Origin: a virus
Virus record (IMG/VR): IMGVR_UViG_3300044858_004394
Location: 5,748 to 69,747 of that record
Reading direction: 5' to 3' (one strand)
DNA length: 64,000 bases
Shown here: positions 8,623 through 18,372 of the stretch, piece after piece
How the letters are laid out: every line of letters starts with the position of its first letter
How positions within the stretch are numbered: position 1 is the first letter of the stretch
The notes under the pieces: generated by a model
What the model was told of the DNA's origin: nothing
What the model saw: only the letters and a program-made list of their open reading frames with translations
The model's database searches: none
Position numbers and translations under genes: made by a program

Positions 8623-10271
8623 CACAGCACCTCCAGCGAATTGATCGGGCGTCCGGCGCGGCCCTCCGCGACGACGAACAGGCGGCGGCGGGCGCGGGTG
8701 ACCGCGACGTACGCGATGCGGCGTTCTTCGTCGGCCTGATCCGGGTTCTCCATTGCCGTCGCACACCGCTGCCCGACTGTCGTCAGGAAGGCCACGTTGT
8801 CGGCCTCGGCGCCCTTCACGGAATGAACCGTGCCGACGCGAATCCGCGGCTCCGATGTGACCTTGGCCCCGTGCTTCATCGCCTGTCGGCGGTACTGCGA
8901 TCCCTTGTCAACCAGTCCGCACCACGCGCCGGTCCTGATCGCCTCGATCAGCGGCGGCTCGGCGCCGACGTTCCTCAGGTCCGACAGAAAGATCGTGTCC
9001 CACTTCTCTGCGGATTCCTTGCCCCACTTCGTCTTCACGCCGCGAGACAGCATCTTCTCCTTCTGCCGGTTCGTGACGGGAAGAAGCGACACGGCGTGCG
9101 CCCACTGCCTCCCGGTGATCGGTTCGTCCTTCTCAAGCGCGAAGAGCGCCGCGAGTCCCTCGCCGCGGTTCGTCGCACCGTCGTGGCTCTTCACCCAGCG
9201 GCACGGGGTCGCGTGCGACTGGAGGGCGCCGAACAGCCGCACCGCCTGATAGTTCGTCCGCGCGATGAACAGCCAGTCTTCGTCAGGCTTGGCGATGCTG
9301 ATGGGATGCTCGATATCAGATGTCTCGATAACCTCGCCTTCGTGATCCGCGGGGGCGATCCCGCGGTCGAAGTAGCCGCGGGTGAGCCGCTTCAGACATC
9401 GCTCCCCAAGCTCAAGGATCGGCTTCGGGCAGCGGTATGACTTCGGCATCGTCCTTTCTTTGGCGGCGGGCCAGCCGAGAAAGCACTCGGCGCTAGAGCC
9501 TGCGAATCCGTAGATGCTTTGAAACGGGTCGCCAACCACGTAGCACCACCGCACGCTCGGCGCACTGACGAGCCGCTTGCAGACGGCGTCCAACAGGGGA
9601 GACGCGTCCTGTTGCTCGTCGAAGAGCCACGCCGCCACCTCTGGCAGGAAGCCTCGCGGAGCCGTCGATCCGACGCCGTCCAGAGGGGAGAAGTAGACGC
9701 CGGCGAACTGCGCGAGCATGTCGGTGAAGTCGAGGCGGTCGTCGAGCCGCTTCTTCATTTCGTATTGTTCGACCACCCGAACAATCGCTGCATAGTCCGG
9801 CACCTCGTCATCGATCTGGCGGAGCTTGCGCACGACCTCCGCGAGAGGCAGCATGGAGGCGCGGCTGAAGTTCCATGCGTTGATGGAGCCGGCGACCACG
9901 GGGTCGCCGATGAACCTGTGCCGGCCGGACTCGTCGTCGATCTCCGTGGACAGCCGGACGCCGAGGGCGTTGCTGATCCACTCGCGGTCTTTTTCCGTGT
10001 CGCCGATCAGTTGACCGGGAGCGACATCAAGGCACCGCTTGCAGGTGGAGTGAATTGTCCGAAACCAGCCGTCTTTTTCAAGCAGGGCGGGCGACACGCC
10101 CCACGCCGTTGAGACGCGACCGACCGCCTCGGCGCGGGCCGCTCTGGTAAACGAGGCAAAGCCGAGATTCAGGGGGTTATGGTCAAGCTGCGGAAGAGCG
10201 GCCTCCATCGTGCGCTGGAGTTCGGTCGTCTTTCCGGTCCCGGCCCCCCCTATCAAGCGGGCGATCTTCAT
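8622..10271 (-). CDS. UvrD/REP superfamily 1 helicase
   Basis: GGAGTGKTT, DEQQD, GDPFQSIYGF, TVHSVKGAE and YVAVTRAR motifs. Confidence 0.92.
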   Translation of the reverse strand: MKIARLIGGAGTGKTTELQRTMEAALPQLDHNPLNLGFASFTRAARAEAVGRVSTAWGVSPALLEKDGWFRTIHSTCKRCLDVAPGQLIGDTEKDREWISNALGVRLSTEIDDESGRHRFIGDPVVAGSINAWNFSRASMLPLAEVVRKLRQIDDEVPDYAAIVRVVEQYEMKKRLDDRLDFTDMLAQFAGVYFSPLDGVGSTAPRGFLPEVAAWLFDEQQDASPLLDAVCKRLVSAPSVRWCYVVGDPFQSIYGFAGSSAECFLGWPAAKERTMPKSYRCPKPILELGERCLKRLTRGYFDRGIAPADHEGEVIETSDIEHPISIAKPDEDWLFIARTNYQAVRLFGALQSHATPCRWVKSHDGATNRGEGLAALFALEKDEPITGRQWAHAVSLLPVTNRQKEKMLSRGVKTKWGKESAEKWDTIFLSDLRNVGAEPPLIEAIRTGAWCGLVDKGSQYRRQAMKHGAKVTSEPRIRVGTVHSVKGAEADNVAFLTTVGQRCATAMENPDQADEERRIAYVAVTRARRRLFVVAEGRAGRPINSLEVL

Positions 10272-10445
10272 GTGTTCCCCCCCAAAAGAGCGTAAAAAAA
10301 GGAGTCTCCGAGAGAAAAAAGGTCGGCAAAAACCATTTTCGCGGGGGTTTTCGCGGGCAGCAAAACCCTTACGCGACAAGGACTTACGTCAAATGACGAG
10401 AAAACCGACACGTTGCGAAACGATTTCGACATGATTTTTTTTCGC
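10272..10445. other. AT-rich non-coding gap, candidate replication origin
   Basis: A/T runs and repeated ttttcgcggg and cttacg between the primase and helicase genes in an otherwise GC-rich genome. Confidence 0.4.
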
Positions 10446-12185
10446 CTATACAACGGGATTGTCGGCAAGGTCCGTTCGTTCGGTGGCCGCCATCTCCTCC
10501 AGTGCCGCGAACTCCCGCTTGCTCCAGACCACGTAGCTCTTGCGGCTGCCGCCGATGTGGCGGTACTCGCGGTGGTGAAAGTCCCTGACCGCCCCGAGCC
10601 GGGCCAGCAGTCGCCGCTTCAATGCGAGCTTCTCGCCCTCCATGATCCGGTGCTGCCGCTCGATGTCCTCCCAGACGCGGCCCCACGCGAACCAGAGCGT
10701 TCCGTCCGCTCGCCAGCTTGCCCGGCCCGTCGGGTCCGGAACGTCGTCGTCGGACGGCTGCGATGCCTGTGAGAGGCGGTCATAGAGCCACGTGGCGAGC
10801 AGGACGTAGCGGAGGCTCGACGCCCCCGGCTGCTCGTGTGACGGATTGTCCAAGAGCTTGGCCTTCACCCCCCGAGCCGTGTGTGACTTGGCGGGCTTGC
10901 CGTCCGGGCCGCGGGTATCGACCACCTTGTACCCGCCGTCCCAGATGCGCCTCCACCGCTTCGGCTCGTCGTCCAGCATGATCGTGCCGGTCGCCGCCAG
11001 CACAGCGGCGGCGGTCTTCGGGGCCGAGCGGAACTGATCCACCGTGAGCGAGACGTTTCCGGTGCCGTCGGCGGTGTGCGGTCTCCACGCCGGCACGTGC
11101 AGCCGGTACTCCAGCGGGTCCGAATGCACGACCGTCAGTTGCCATTCGCCCGGCCCCCATTCCGGCTCGCTTCCGGATTCAGGGACCAGCGGTGCGAAGG
11201 ACAACCCGATCTCCGTGAACACCCGCTGCCACCCCTGAGTCGGCATCGCGGCGCCGCTTGGCCGCGAAGTCTGCGTACTCACCGCATGCGTTGCCGCGGC
11301 GTCGATGGCAGAGCGTTCGTCCACGCCCGCAGCGCGGCTCTTTCGCACGAACGCGATGGCCGAGCGGTAGACGGCGACGACCTCTCCGTCCTCCATCGGA
11401 GGCTTGCACTGGACGATGTTGACCGCCCGCAGCTTCAGGAGCAGGTCTTGCTGCTCTCGCTCATCGTCGAGGTTCGGCCCGCAGCGGAAGGCTTCGGCGA
11501 CCGCGAACCTGTGGAGTTCGTTGTTTCGCTCCCCGAGCTTCAACGGCCTGTGCAGCACCTCGCGGGCGGGCGACTTCGCCATGCTCACCGGCATCTGCCC
11601 GGTGCCGTCGTCGTTCCACAGAAGCGTGACAAGCTTCTCCGGAAGCGGCGCAAGCTCCACATCGTCGGGAGAGAGTCCCGGCAACCATTCGTAGAGAACC
11701 CCGGTGTGGTGCCGGCTTGGCGGCAGCACCGACTGCGCGGCCTTGCCGCCGTTACCGATGCGAACCTCGATCCCGAGCGGCTTGCGAACCTGCGCCGTCG
11801 GAAGCCCGTCGTCCCATTTGAAGAGCCGGTGCGGCCCGCGCCCCGCCCGGTAGGTGGGCGTGTAGATTTCGCCAAGGCCGAGGCTCTGCCACGCTGCCGC
11901 AGCCTCCTCGCCGTCCAGTTCAACGTCCACGATCCCGCTGGCCGGTCCGAGCAGGATGCCGATGTTCACCGGCTTCTCTGTGTCGAACCACGAGATGATC
12001 GTGTCTTCGTCGCTCGTCGCGGACAGGTGCCATCCGTTTCCGCCGCTGGGATGCTTCCCCGGAGTGCCGCAGTCTCGGCCCTTCCAGCATGTGCAGGCCG
12101 CTGAATCCTGCACGCCGTAGAGCGGAACCAGCTTCCAGCCACGCGCCGCGTAAGAGAGCGCCATGTCTGCCGGTGTGTGACCCAT
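10446..12185 (-). CDS. Bifunctional DNA primase/polymerase (Prim-Pol + PriCT-like)
   Basis: C-x-C...C..PGKHP, NIGILLG..SGIVDVELD, GPHRLF, VLPPSRHHTG..YEW and GERNNELH motifs. Confidence 0.88.
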   Translation of the reverse strand: MGHTPADMALSYAARGWKLVPLYGVQDSAACTCWKGRDCGTPGKHPSGGNGWHLSATSDEDTIISWFDTEKPVNIGILLGPASGIVDVELDGEEAAAAWQSLGLGEIYTPTYRAGRGPHRLFKWDDGLPTAQVRKPLGIEVRIGNGGKAAQSVLPPSRHHTGVLYEWLPGLSPDDVELAPLPEKLVTLLWNDDGTGQMPVSMAKSPAREVLHRPLKLGERNNELHRFAVAEAFRCGPNLDDEREQQDLLLKLRAVNIVQCKPPMEDGEVVAVYRSAIAFVRKSRAAGVDERSAIDAAATHAVSTQTSRPSGAAMPTQGWQRVFTEIGLSFAPLVPESGSEPEWGPGEWQLTVVHSDPLEYRLHVPAWRPHTADGTGNVSLTVDQFRSAPKTAAAVLAATGTIMLDDEPKRWRRIWDGGYKVVDTRGPDGKPAKSHTARGVKAKLLDNPSHEQPGASSLRYVLLATWLYDRLSQASQPSDDDVPDPTGRASWRADGTLWFAWGRVWEDIERQHRIMEGEKLALKRRLLARLGAVRDFHHREYRHIGGSRKSYVVWSKREFAALEEMAATERTDLADNPVV

Positions 12186-12207
12186 CGCAACCTCCGTGTA
12201 TTAGGGA

Positions 12208-12240
12208 GCCGGCCCGCCGCGAACCCCGCGGCGGGCCGGC
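12208..12240. terminator. GC-rich hairpin
   Basis: gccggcccgccgcg-aaccc-cgcggcgggccggc. Confidence 0.45.
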
Positions 12241-12440
12241 ATAAACATCACCGCTTCGGACGCGGACGCTTGCCCGGCCGGCAGACCCCTCCGGGGCAAC
12301 CGCCCCGCTCGACAGAGGACACCGAAGTCTCCTCCTCCGTGTTGTGGTCACCGAACGAAACCGGCGCACAGCACAGGGCAACCAACAGCGCGATCCATCG
12401 CATCGAACACACTCCTTTCAAAAAGAAACCACCAAGAAAT

Positions 12441-12473
12441 GCCCCGGCACCGAGTCCGACTCAGTGCCGGGGC
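12441..12473 (-). terminator. Probable intrinsic terminator
   Basis: gccccggcac...gtgccggggc hairpin followed on the minus strand by T-rich sequence. Confidence 0.55.
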
Positions 12474-12494
12474 GAACGACGAGTCGTTCCGTGA

Positions 12495-13259
12495 CTACTC
12501 CGCATCCTGCGAAACGTCGATTTGAGTCACGACGCGGGAGAGCGGCGTCGTGTAGAGCCTCTTGACGATCTCGCCTTCCTCGCGGCTGATCGTGCCGAGC
12601 AGCTTCGGCGTGATCTGCGAGTAGGGCTGACCGCCGGCGTTCTCGACCTTGTTGAGCCCGAGGCTCACGACCGCACGGTAGTGCGGAACCGGAAGCCTCT
12701 TGACGAACGAGGTGACGGACGAGAGCGACCCGACGCCAGCCGAGACGAGCAGCGGCCACGCCTCGTCTTCGCGCAGGATCGCGAGAAGCCTCGACTCCTT
12801 GCACCTCTTCCCGCGTCCGCTGGCGCTCGTGCCGAACTGGTTGTAGGGCAACCTCTGCCAGTCATAGGTGCGGTCACCCGTCCGGCAGCTTTCCAGAACG
12901 TCGGCGTCCAAATCGCCGATGTCGTCGTTCACCCTCACGGCGTTCATCAGGTCATACGTCACCAACACCGGCTGAGACTTCCCCTGCGGGGATTCGCTGC
13001 CCCAGAGCGTGCCGCGAACGAGATACCCGACGAGAATCCCGTCGAGAGTCTTCGCGGTCTGCTCGTTGTTGCCGGCGTCCTGCCACGCCCACACCTTCGC
13101 CCCGCCGGCCGGCGTCGGCACGCGGGGAAGGTCGGCTGCGGACAGCGACTCCCCCGGACCGAGATTTGCCATGAGGGCTTCGCGGATATCGCTGTCGGGG
13201 CGGAGCGCGAGCCACTTGCTGCCCTCGGCGCCGGTGATCAATTCGCCTGTCGGAGTCAT
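12495..13259 (-). CDS. Phage replication protein, putative SSB-like
   Basis: NQFGT...GKRCKE.R.L motif typical of phage replication-module proteins; position in the module. Confidence 0.5.
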   Translation of the reverse strand: MTPTGELITGAEGSKWLALRPDSDIREALMANLGPGESLSAADLPRVPTPAGGAKVWAWQDAGNNEQTAKTLDGILVGYLVRGTLWGSESPQGKSQPVLVTYDLMNAVRVNDDIGDLDADVLESCRTGDRTYDWQRLPYNQFGTSASGRGKRCKESRLLAILREDEAWPLLVSAGVGSLSSVTSFVKRLPVPHYRAVVSLGLNKVENAGGQPYSQITPKLLGTISREEGEIVKRLYTTPLSRVVTQIDVSQDAE

Positions 13260-13299
13260 GCCAGAGTCCTTTCGTAGAGAAATCCTTGTAACCAAACAA

Positions 13300-13776
13300 T
13301 CAACCCAGCGTGAGGCGCGACAAGCGCATCTCGCGGTACTCACTGATCAGTCCATCGAACTTCGTCCCTGCGGCGAGCGAGTCGGCAGTGTCGCCTCCCT
13401 CTCGCTTGCGGCGGTCGGCGAGCCACGACTTGAGGCTCGATGTGTTCACGGTGACGTAGTCGTCAAGCCCTTCGGCTCGCGCGGCTTCGACCACCTTGTC
13501 GCGGTTGTCGCTGGGGATGCTGACCGCGAAAAACTCGCGGACTCCCCACGACTTGCCGGCCGCACGGACGCGGTCCAGACCGCTTGCGGCGATGGCTTCG
13601 ACGGCCATCGGCTCCAGTTCGGCGATCTGCTTGCCAATCGACTTTGCCTCGCGGTCGAGGCGGTCCTTCTCGGCGTACAGTTCGCTGATCCGCTCCAGCA
13701 CTTTGAGCAGGTGCTGCGCATCCGCCTGCGGCTCGTTGGCCGCTGGATCGGCAAGAATCGCTTCTGCTTCACTCAT
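13300..13776 (-). CDS. gp33-like phage replication-module protein
   Basis: Coiled-coil N-terminus and VTVNTSSLKSW motif. Confidence 0.5.
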   Translation of the reverse strand: MSEAEAILADPAANEPQADAQHLLKVLERISELYAEKDRLDREAKSIGKQIAELEPMAVEAIAASGLDRVRAAGKSWGVREFFAVSIPSDNRDKVVEAARAEGLDDYVTVNTSSLKSWLADRRKREGGDTADSLAAGTKFDGLISEYREMRLSRLTLG

Positions 13777-14213
13777 GTCCCGCATCCTTTCCTAAGAGTT
13801 TCAATCGCATCCGCCGCCTCAGCGCAGACATCGACGGCGCGGCGGCACCATCCGTCGTGTCCATCGTCCGGAAGATTCCGGACGACATCGATCAGCTTGT
13901 GGAGCAGGTCGTCGATCTTGTGAGCAAGCGCTGCCTTGGCCTTCACGACCGCCCGCATCGAACCCCACTCCGTCATGTCCGGGTGCTGCGACTTCCAGAA
14001 CGCCGCGATGGCCCAACTCACCTTGAACACGGCGTCTGGTTCGTTCGCGTAGACGAGAACGAAGTGGTCCGAACACACGGTCTTGTAGCAGTCGTGCCCG
14101 TCGAAGTGACCGCAATACAGAAGGTCGTCTTTGCGCCATCCGAGCGTCGCGGGATGCTGAAAGCTTCTGGCATCCGGGTCGTCCTTGGTCGTCATTGTCG
14201 GGAAGGCGATCAC
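13773..14213 (-). CDS. Hypothetical protein
   Basis: Start and stop overlap both neighbours. Confidence 0.5.
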   Translation of the reverse strand: MIAFPTMTTKDDPDARSFQHPATLGWRKDDLLYCGHFDGHDCYKTVCSDHFVLVYANEPDAVFKVSWAIAAFWKSQHPDMTEWGSMRAVVKAKAALAHKIDDLLHKLIDVVRNLPDDGHDGWCRRAVDVCAEAADAIETLRKGCGT

Positions 14214-15586
14214 GCCACACGCTCCTTTCTTGGCGAGAGCTTCGACAGCACCGCCTCGACAACGTCGCGCCGGTCGCGGAGTGCGGCGTAGACCTGTTCG
14301 TCAACCGTGCCGCGGCAGACGAGGTGGTAGTAGCGCACGCAACGCGTCTGCCCCGGCCGACGCAGGCGAGCGAGCGATTGCACGTAGTCGCCGAGCGAGT
14401 ATCCGAGCGAGTAGTAGACGGCGTACGCGGCCCGTGAGCAGTCGATGCCGACGCCGCCAGACTGCATTTGCACGCCGAGGATAACGGCATCTCCGTTCTG
14501 CCATCGCTCCAAGTCCTTGCGGTTTCCGCTGACTTCCGCGTACTCCCGTCCGAGTTCTCTGGCTGCGGCGGCAACGTCATCCAAGTCGCTGCGAAACCTG
14601 CAAAAAACGACGACCGGCTCCGTCGCGTGCAGGTCTTCCAGACGGTCTTGCAGCATGAGCCGCTTGGCCGGCGTGCCGTCGATGGCGCGGACGCCGACCT
14701 CGCCGTCGATCCGTGCGTAGCCGCCGGTGGCCTGCGCGAGACGCAGGAGCTTCGTGAGCGCGTTCGCCGCCGTCACCGTGCCGGCTTCGATGTCGGCCGT
14801 CATCTCGCGCTCAAGATCGCGGTAGAACCGCATCGTCTTCGGCGAAAGCTCGACCTCCACCGTCTCGTGGAGCGCGTCCGGCAGGTCAAGCACTTCGTCC
14901 GCGGTGACTCGCCACGAGTTCGCATCGAGCTTGGCCGTGAGTTCGTCCTGACGCTTCCAAGAGGTGACCTTCGACGGAAACATCGGGTGGCAGTTCGCGT
15001 ACCTCGCCCGCATGGCGGGGTAGCTTGGGCCGAAGATGCTTTGATCGAGGAACCGCATCTGACCGAAGAGGTCGAGGGGAGAATGCGGCATCGGCGTGCC
15101 CGTGAGGCACAGTCTCTTGGCCCGCGGGTGCTTCTGCGCGAGCTTCGCCAGATACTTGCTGGAGGTTCCGTTTGGGCTTTTGATCCGATGGCTCTCGTCC
15201 AGCACGATGGACGACCAGTCGATCTTCTCGACCACCGCCGCGAGCGACTTCCGCCAGACCGATTCGTAGTTCACGGTCACGATGAGCGGCCGACCAGCCG
15301 CGGCGAGAACAGCCCGCGAAAGGCGTTCGGCCCGTGACTCCGACGAACCCGAGGAGATATCGACGTAGTGCATCGGCTTACCGTTGAGTCCGAGGGCGAG
15401 GAGCGCCGTGAACGTCTTGCCCGTGCCCATGTCGGCGGCGAGCAGGCCGTAGTCGCGGCTGTCTGCCCACGCGGCAGCGGCTGACTGGTGCGTCCACGGG
15501 GAAAGCTCACCGCGGGATGCCATGCCGATGATCCTGCCCCACGCCGGCGCGACCGCCTGCGGACAGACGACAAGTGTGGCGCTCAT
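14210..15586 (-). CDS. SNF2-family (SF2) helicase
   Basis: DMGTGKT, LDESHRIK, LTGTP, SGGVGID and QSLARLRRPGQ motifs. Confidence 0.92.
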   Translation of the reverse strand: MSATLVVCPQAVAPAWGRIIGMASRGELSPWTHQSAAAAWADSRDYGLLAADMGTGKTFTALLALGLNGKPMHYVDISSGSSESRAERLSRAVLAAAGRPLIVTVNYESVWRKSLAAVVEKIDWSSIVLDESHRIKSPNGTSSKYLAKLAQKHPRAKRLCLTGTPMPHSPLDLFGQMRFLDQSIFGPSYPAMRARYANCHPMFPSKVTSWKRQDELTAKLDANSWRVTADEVLDLPDALHETVEVELSPKTMRFYRDLEREMTADIEAGTVTAANALTKLLRLAQATGGYARIDGEVGVRAIDGTPAKRLMLQDRLEDLHATEPVVVFCRFRSDLDDVAAAARELGREYAEVSGNRKDLERWQNGDAVILGVQMQSGGVGIDCSRAAYAVYYSLGYSLGDYVQSLARLRRPGQTRCVRYYHLVCRGTVDEQVYAALRDRRDVVEAVLSKLSPRKERVA

Positions 15587-15873
15587 GCGGTGGCCTCCGC
15601 CGTGCCGTTGAGAACCTTGGCCCGCAGGCCGTCGATCTGCGTCCGCAGGGTGGCGATGCGACCGTGCAGAATCTGCGCTGCGTCACTCATGGCCTCCTCG
15701 GCGCTGCCGCGCCACTGGCCGTCGTCCGGCACGTAGAAGGAGGAGAACTGGCAGACCAGTTCGCGGCCGTCGTCATCGACCAAGCCAGACAGGACGCCCG
15801 TCTTCACGCGAACCGTGAACCCGCTGCCGCCCCAGTTGTCGGCGACCTCGACTCTGAAAACTTGCCTGTCCAT
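15583..15873 (-). CDS. Hypothetical protein
   Basis: 96-aa ORF with RBS; stop overlaps the helicase start. Confidence 0.55.
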   Translation of the reverse strand: MDRQVFRVEVADNWGGSGFTVRVKTGVLSGLVDDDGRELVCQFSSFYVPDDGQWRGSAEEAMSDAAQILHGRIATLRTQIDGLRAKVLNGTAEATA

Positions 15874-16015
15874 GCCACGAGTCCTTTCGTGCGTTGAGAG
15901 GTCGGGAACCCGAACAATCGACTTGCGATTGGCGAACGATATGCCTTTCTTTCCGATTGGTCAATAGACCGGTTTATGGGGCGAGAAACGCCCGGAAAAA
16001 GAGGGGGGAAGCCCG

Positions 16016-16252
16016 TCAGGACTTTTTGTTCCGCCCCTTGCCGGCGGCAATCCACGCGGGATTGCCCGAGGTCCGATGGATGAGCGGCTCAATGGCCGAC
16101 AGGTCTTGCTCCGCGAGGGCGACGATCCGCGTGCCGTCGGCGACGATTCCCACGCCTTTCGACTTCGCGACTCGCCGGACAGTTGGGATGGAGCAGCCCA
16201 ACCGTCGCGCCGCCGCTGTCATCGTCAGATAAACCACTTTTTGCTCTCTCAC
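16016..16252 (-). CDS. Small HTH DNA-binding protein (excisionase/Cro-like)
   Basis: TMTAAARRLGCSIPTVRR. Confidence 0.65.
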   Translation of the reverse strand: MREQKVVYLTMTAAARRLGCSIPTVRRVAKSKGVGIVADGTRIVALAEQDLSAIEPLIHRTSGNPAWIAAGKGRNKKS

Positions 16253-16303
16253 TGCCGGGACTCCTCACATTCCTACCAGTAGCGGCAAATGAAGGCAACC
16301 GGC

Positions 16304-16534
16304 CTAGCCGGCCAGACCCGACCGCCGCCGGCCAGCAGCCGCCGGGTCGCGGGACAGGTACGATTTCAAGTTTTTTTCCGCGGAGGCACGGCTGACCGCC
16401 CAAGCCCGCCCGGAAAGCCGAAAACCCTCTAAATCGCCCTTTTTTAGGAGCCGCAGCACCCAAACATCCGTGCAGCCGAGCAGTTCGGCCGCCGCCGGGA
16501 CGCTGATCCACTCCTCCCGTGGTTGCTTTGGCAC
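16304..16534 (-). CDS. Small HTH (HTH_17/excisionase-like) protein
   Basis: WISVPAAAELLGCTDVWVLRLLKKGDLEG; RBS ggaggt before the GTG start. Confidence 0.75.
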   Translation of the reverse strand: MPKQPREEWISVPAAAELLGCTDVWVLRLLKKGDLEGFRLSGRAWAVSRASAEKNLKSYLSRDPAAAGRRRSGLAG

Positions 16535-16603
16535 AGCACTACCTCCTACGATTGATTTGTTCGCAGGCCCCGCCACCTGCGGCAACGGGGGTCCAAAAAA
16601 GTG

Positions 16604-16622
16604 AAATGGCGGGGGTAGGAGT
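16604..16622 (-). other. Possible attP core resembling a tRNA 3' end
   Basis: Minus strand ACTCCTACCCCCGCCATTT resembles a tRNA T-arm/acceptor end; lies upstream of the integrase. Confidence 0.3.
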
Positions 16623-16780
16623 AGACAAAGAGTCAGTAGTGACCAAGCGTGCACCGGACAACCGGCACGACCGTCACAACCGGAACCCCGAGTGGTAGCG
16701 AGAGGCCCCCAGTTGAAAACGAAGAACCCCCACAAGGAAGCGAGGGTGACCTAGAGTCCAAAAAGCCGTGAGGTGGCAAA

Positions 16781-17710
16781 ATGACCCTGAAAGCTTTTTT
16801 CGATAACATCTATCGCCCGCTGCGATTGAGAGGGCGAAGCCAGCGAACGACGCTGCTCTATTACGCGACCATCTCGGCATACCGCCGATGGCTCCGGGCA
16901 GAGGGGATCGCAGACGAGCCTGCGATAGAGCATCTGGACGAGCTTCTCATGGCTCGTTTCTTGGAACACAGGGCCGCGACGAAGAGCGCGTACACGAGCG
17001 AAAAAGAAAGAAGCCAGTTGATGGCGCTCGCCCGCCTCGCGTGGGAACGCCGCGTGGCCGGCATGGAAAGGCTCCCGACCTGCCCCCCCGGTGTGCTGCC
17101 GGACCGCGTCCCTCACTCGTGGAGCCTAGAGGAGCTTCGGCGTCTGTTCGCGGCCGTGTCTTCCACGAAGGGGAACATCGGCAAAGGGGCGAGCGCCATC
17201 CCGGCATCGGAATGGTTTTCGGCCATCATCGCGGTAGCGTATGAGACGGGCGAGCGGGTAGGTGCGTTGCTCGACTCCTCCCCCGCAGACTACCAGCGGC
17301 CGAACCTGACGGTCAGGCCAGAAAGCCGAAAGGGCGGCAGGAGAGGCCGAACGTATTACCTGTCCGAAGAAACGTGTGACCGGCTCGACCGCCTTCGCGC
17401 CCACGGCGGCGACAAACTCTTTCCGTGGCCCTACGTCAAAACCTACCTGTGGGGGAGGCTGAAGAAAATCCTCGCGAGCGCCGGCCTTGCCGGCAAAAGG
17501 ATCGCCTTTCATCAAATTCGCAGGTCTGCCATTTCTCATTTTGCTGCGGCCGGCGGCGACCCCGTCGCGTTCGCCGGCCACGCGAGCGCCGCCATGACCA
17601 AAAAATGGTACTTGGACCCGCGGCTCTCGGATCGCGGACCGAAGCCGCACGAGCTTCTGCCGCGGATCGATGTCGCCAACGACAAGCCGGCCGACAAGCC
17701 GGCGGCGTAG
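16781..17710 (+). CDS. int: Tyrosine recombinase/integrase
   Basis: ETGER (R), SRK (K), HQIRR (HxxR), GH and WY catalytic residues; divergent from the HTH genes. Confidence 0.88.
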   Translation: MTLKAFFDNIYRPLRLRGRSQRTTLLYYATISAYRRWLRAEGIADEPAIEHLDELLMARFLEHRAATKSAYTSEKERSQLMALARLAWERRVAGMERLPTCPPGVLPDRVPHSWSLEELRRLFAAVSSTKGNIGKGASAIPASEWFSAIIAVAYETGERVGALLDSSPADYQRPNLTVRPESRKGGRRGRTYYLSEETCDRLDRLRAHGGDKLFPWPYVKTYLWGRLKKILASAGLAGKRIAFHQIRRSAISHFAAAGGDPVAFAGHASAAMTKKWYLDPRLSDRGPKPHELLPRIDVANDKPADKPAA

Positions 17711-17718
17711 AAACGCAA

Positions 17719-17750
17719 CCGCCTCGCCCGGAGGGAGACGGGCGAGGCGG
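17719..17750. terminator. Hairpin between the convergent integrase and late operon
   Basis: ccgcctcgcccg-N8-cgggcgaggcgg perfect 12-bp stem. Confidence 0.6.
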
Positions 17751-17783
17751 CGCGGCAGCGGCGCGAAAGGAAACGCTCGGCTG

Positions 17784-17975
17784 CTATTTGTTCATCTGCT
17801 CGCGGAGCTTCTCTAGCTCGTCAAGCAATCGCTTTCGCTCGTTCAGAAGCCTTCCGATCATTCTGGCGGCCGTGCCTCCAGTTGCTGTCCACGCGTTCGA
17901 CGGCCCGAACCGGCAGACGAACGTGCGGGCCTCGGCCGCTTCCGAATCGCTGTATGGAATCTCGTCATTGCCCAC
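17784..17975 (-). CDS. Hypothetical protein
   Basis: 63-aa ORF packed at the end of the late operon. Confidence 0.5.
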   Translation of the reverse strand: MGNDEIPYSDSEAAEARTFVCRFGPSNAWTATGGTAARMIGRLLNERKRLLDELEKLREQMNK

Positions 17976-18372
17976 GCCGGCATTCCTCGTGGCACGCTGC
18001 GTAGCCGGCGATGTCGATGGCCGCGTCCGCGGTCGGCGACGTACCCCTCTGCCTTGCGATCTTGTCCAGCACCATGACGAGCGCCCAGTCGGACGCCGTA
18101 AAGCGGGTTCCGAATGCGGCGTTCACGAGCGCCGCAGTCCTCGCGAAATGCTCCGCCGGCGGGCCGTACTTCCCGTGCCGGTCGCTCACCGCCTCGATGG
18201 AAGCCTTGAGCGTGTTGATTGCGACGCTCTCCGTTTCTTTGAGCAGCCGCGAAGGCGGCGGCATGCTCGCGCCACCGCAGCAATTTCCAGCAAGTCGCGA
18301 CTCAACCGCGCTGCGAAGCTTTGCGTTTGCGTCTGCCAGTGTTGGCGCGTCCGTCTCTACCGTCGTCGTCAT
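17965..18372 (-). CDS. DUF6378-like phage protein
   Basis: DRHGKYGPP...MVLDKIAR...DIAGYAAC. Confidence 0.7.
   Translation of the reverse strand: MTTTVETDAPTLADANAKLRSAVESRLAGNCCGGASMPPPSRLLKETESVAINTLKASIEAVSDRHGKYGPPAEHFARTAALVNAAFGTRFTASDWALVMVLDKIARQRGTSPTADAAIDIAGYAACHEECRRGQ

Noticed and set aside
362-15337. Long plus-strand ORFs (e.g. 362-1951, 3974-5032, 7504-8739, 11076-12104, 14468-15337)
   Set aside because: Antisense shadows of motif-bearing minus-strand genes in GC-rich DNA; no motifs of their own
16560-16700. Intact tRNA gene
   Set aside because: Only a 3'-end-like fragment; no GTTC T-loop or cloverleaf could be built
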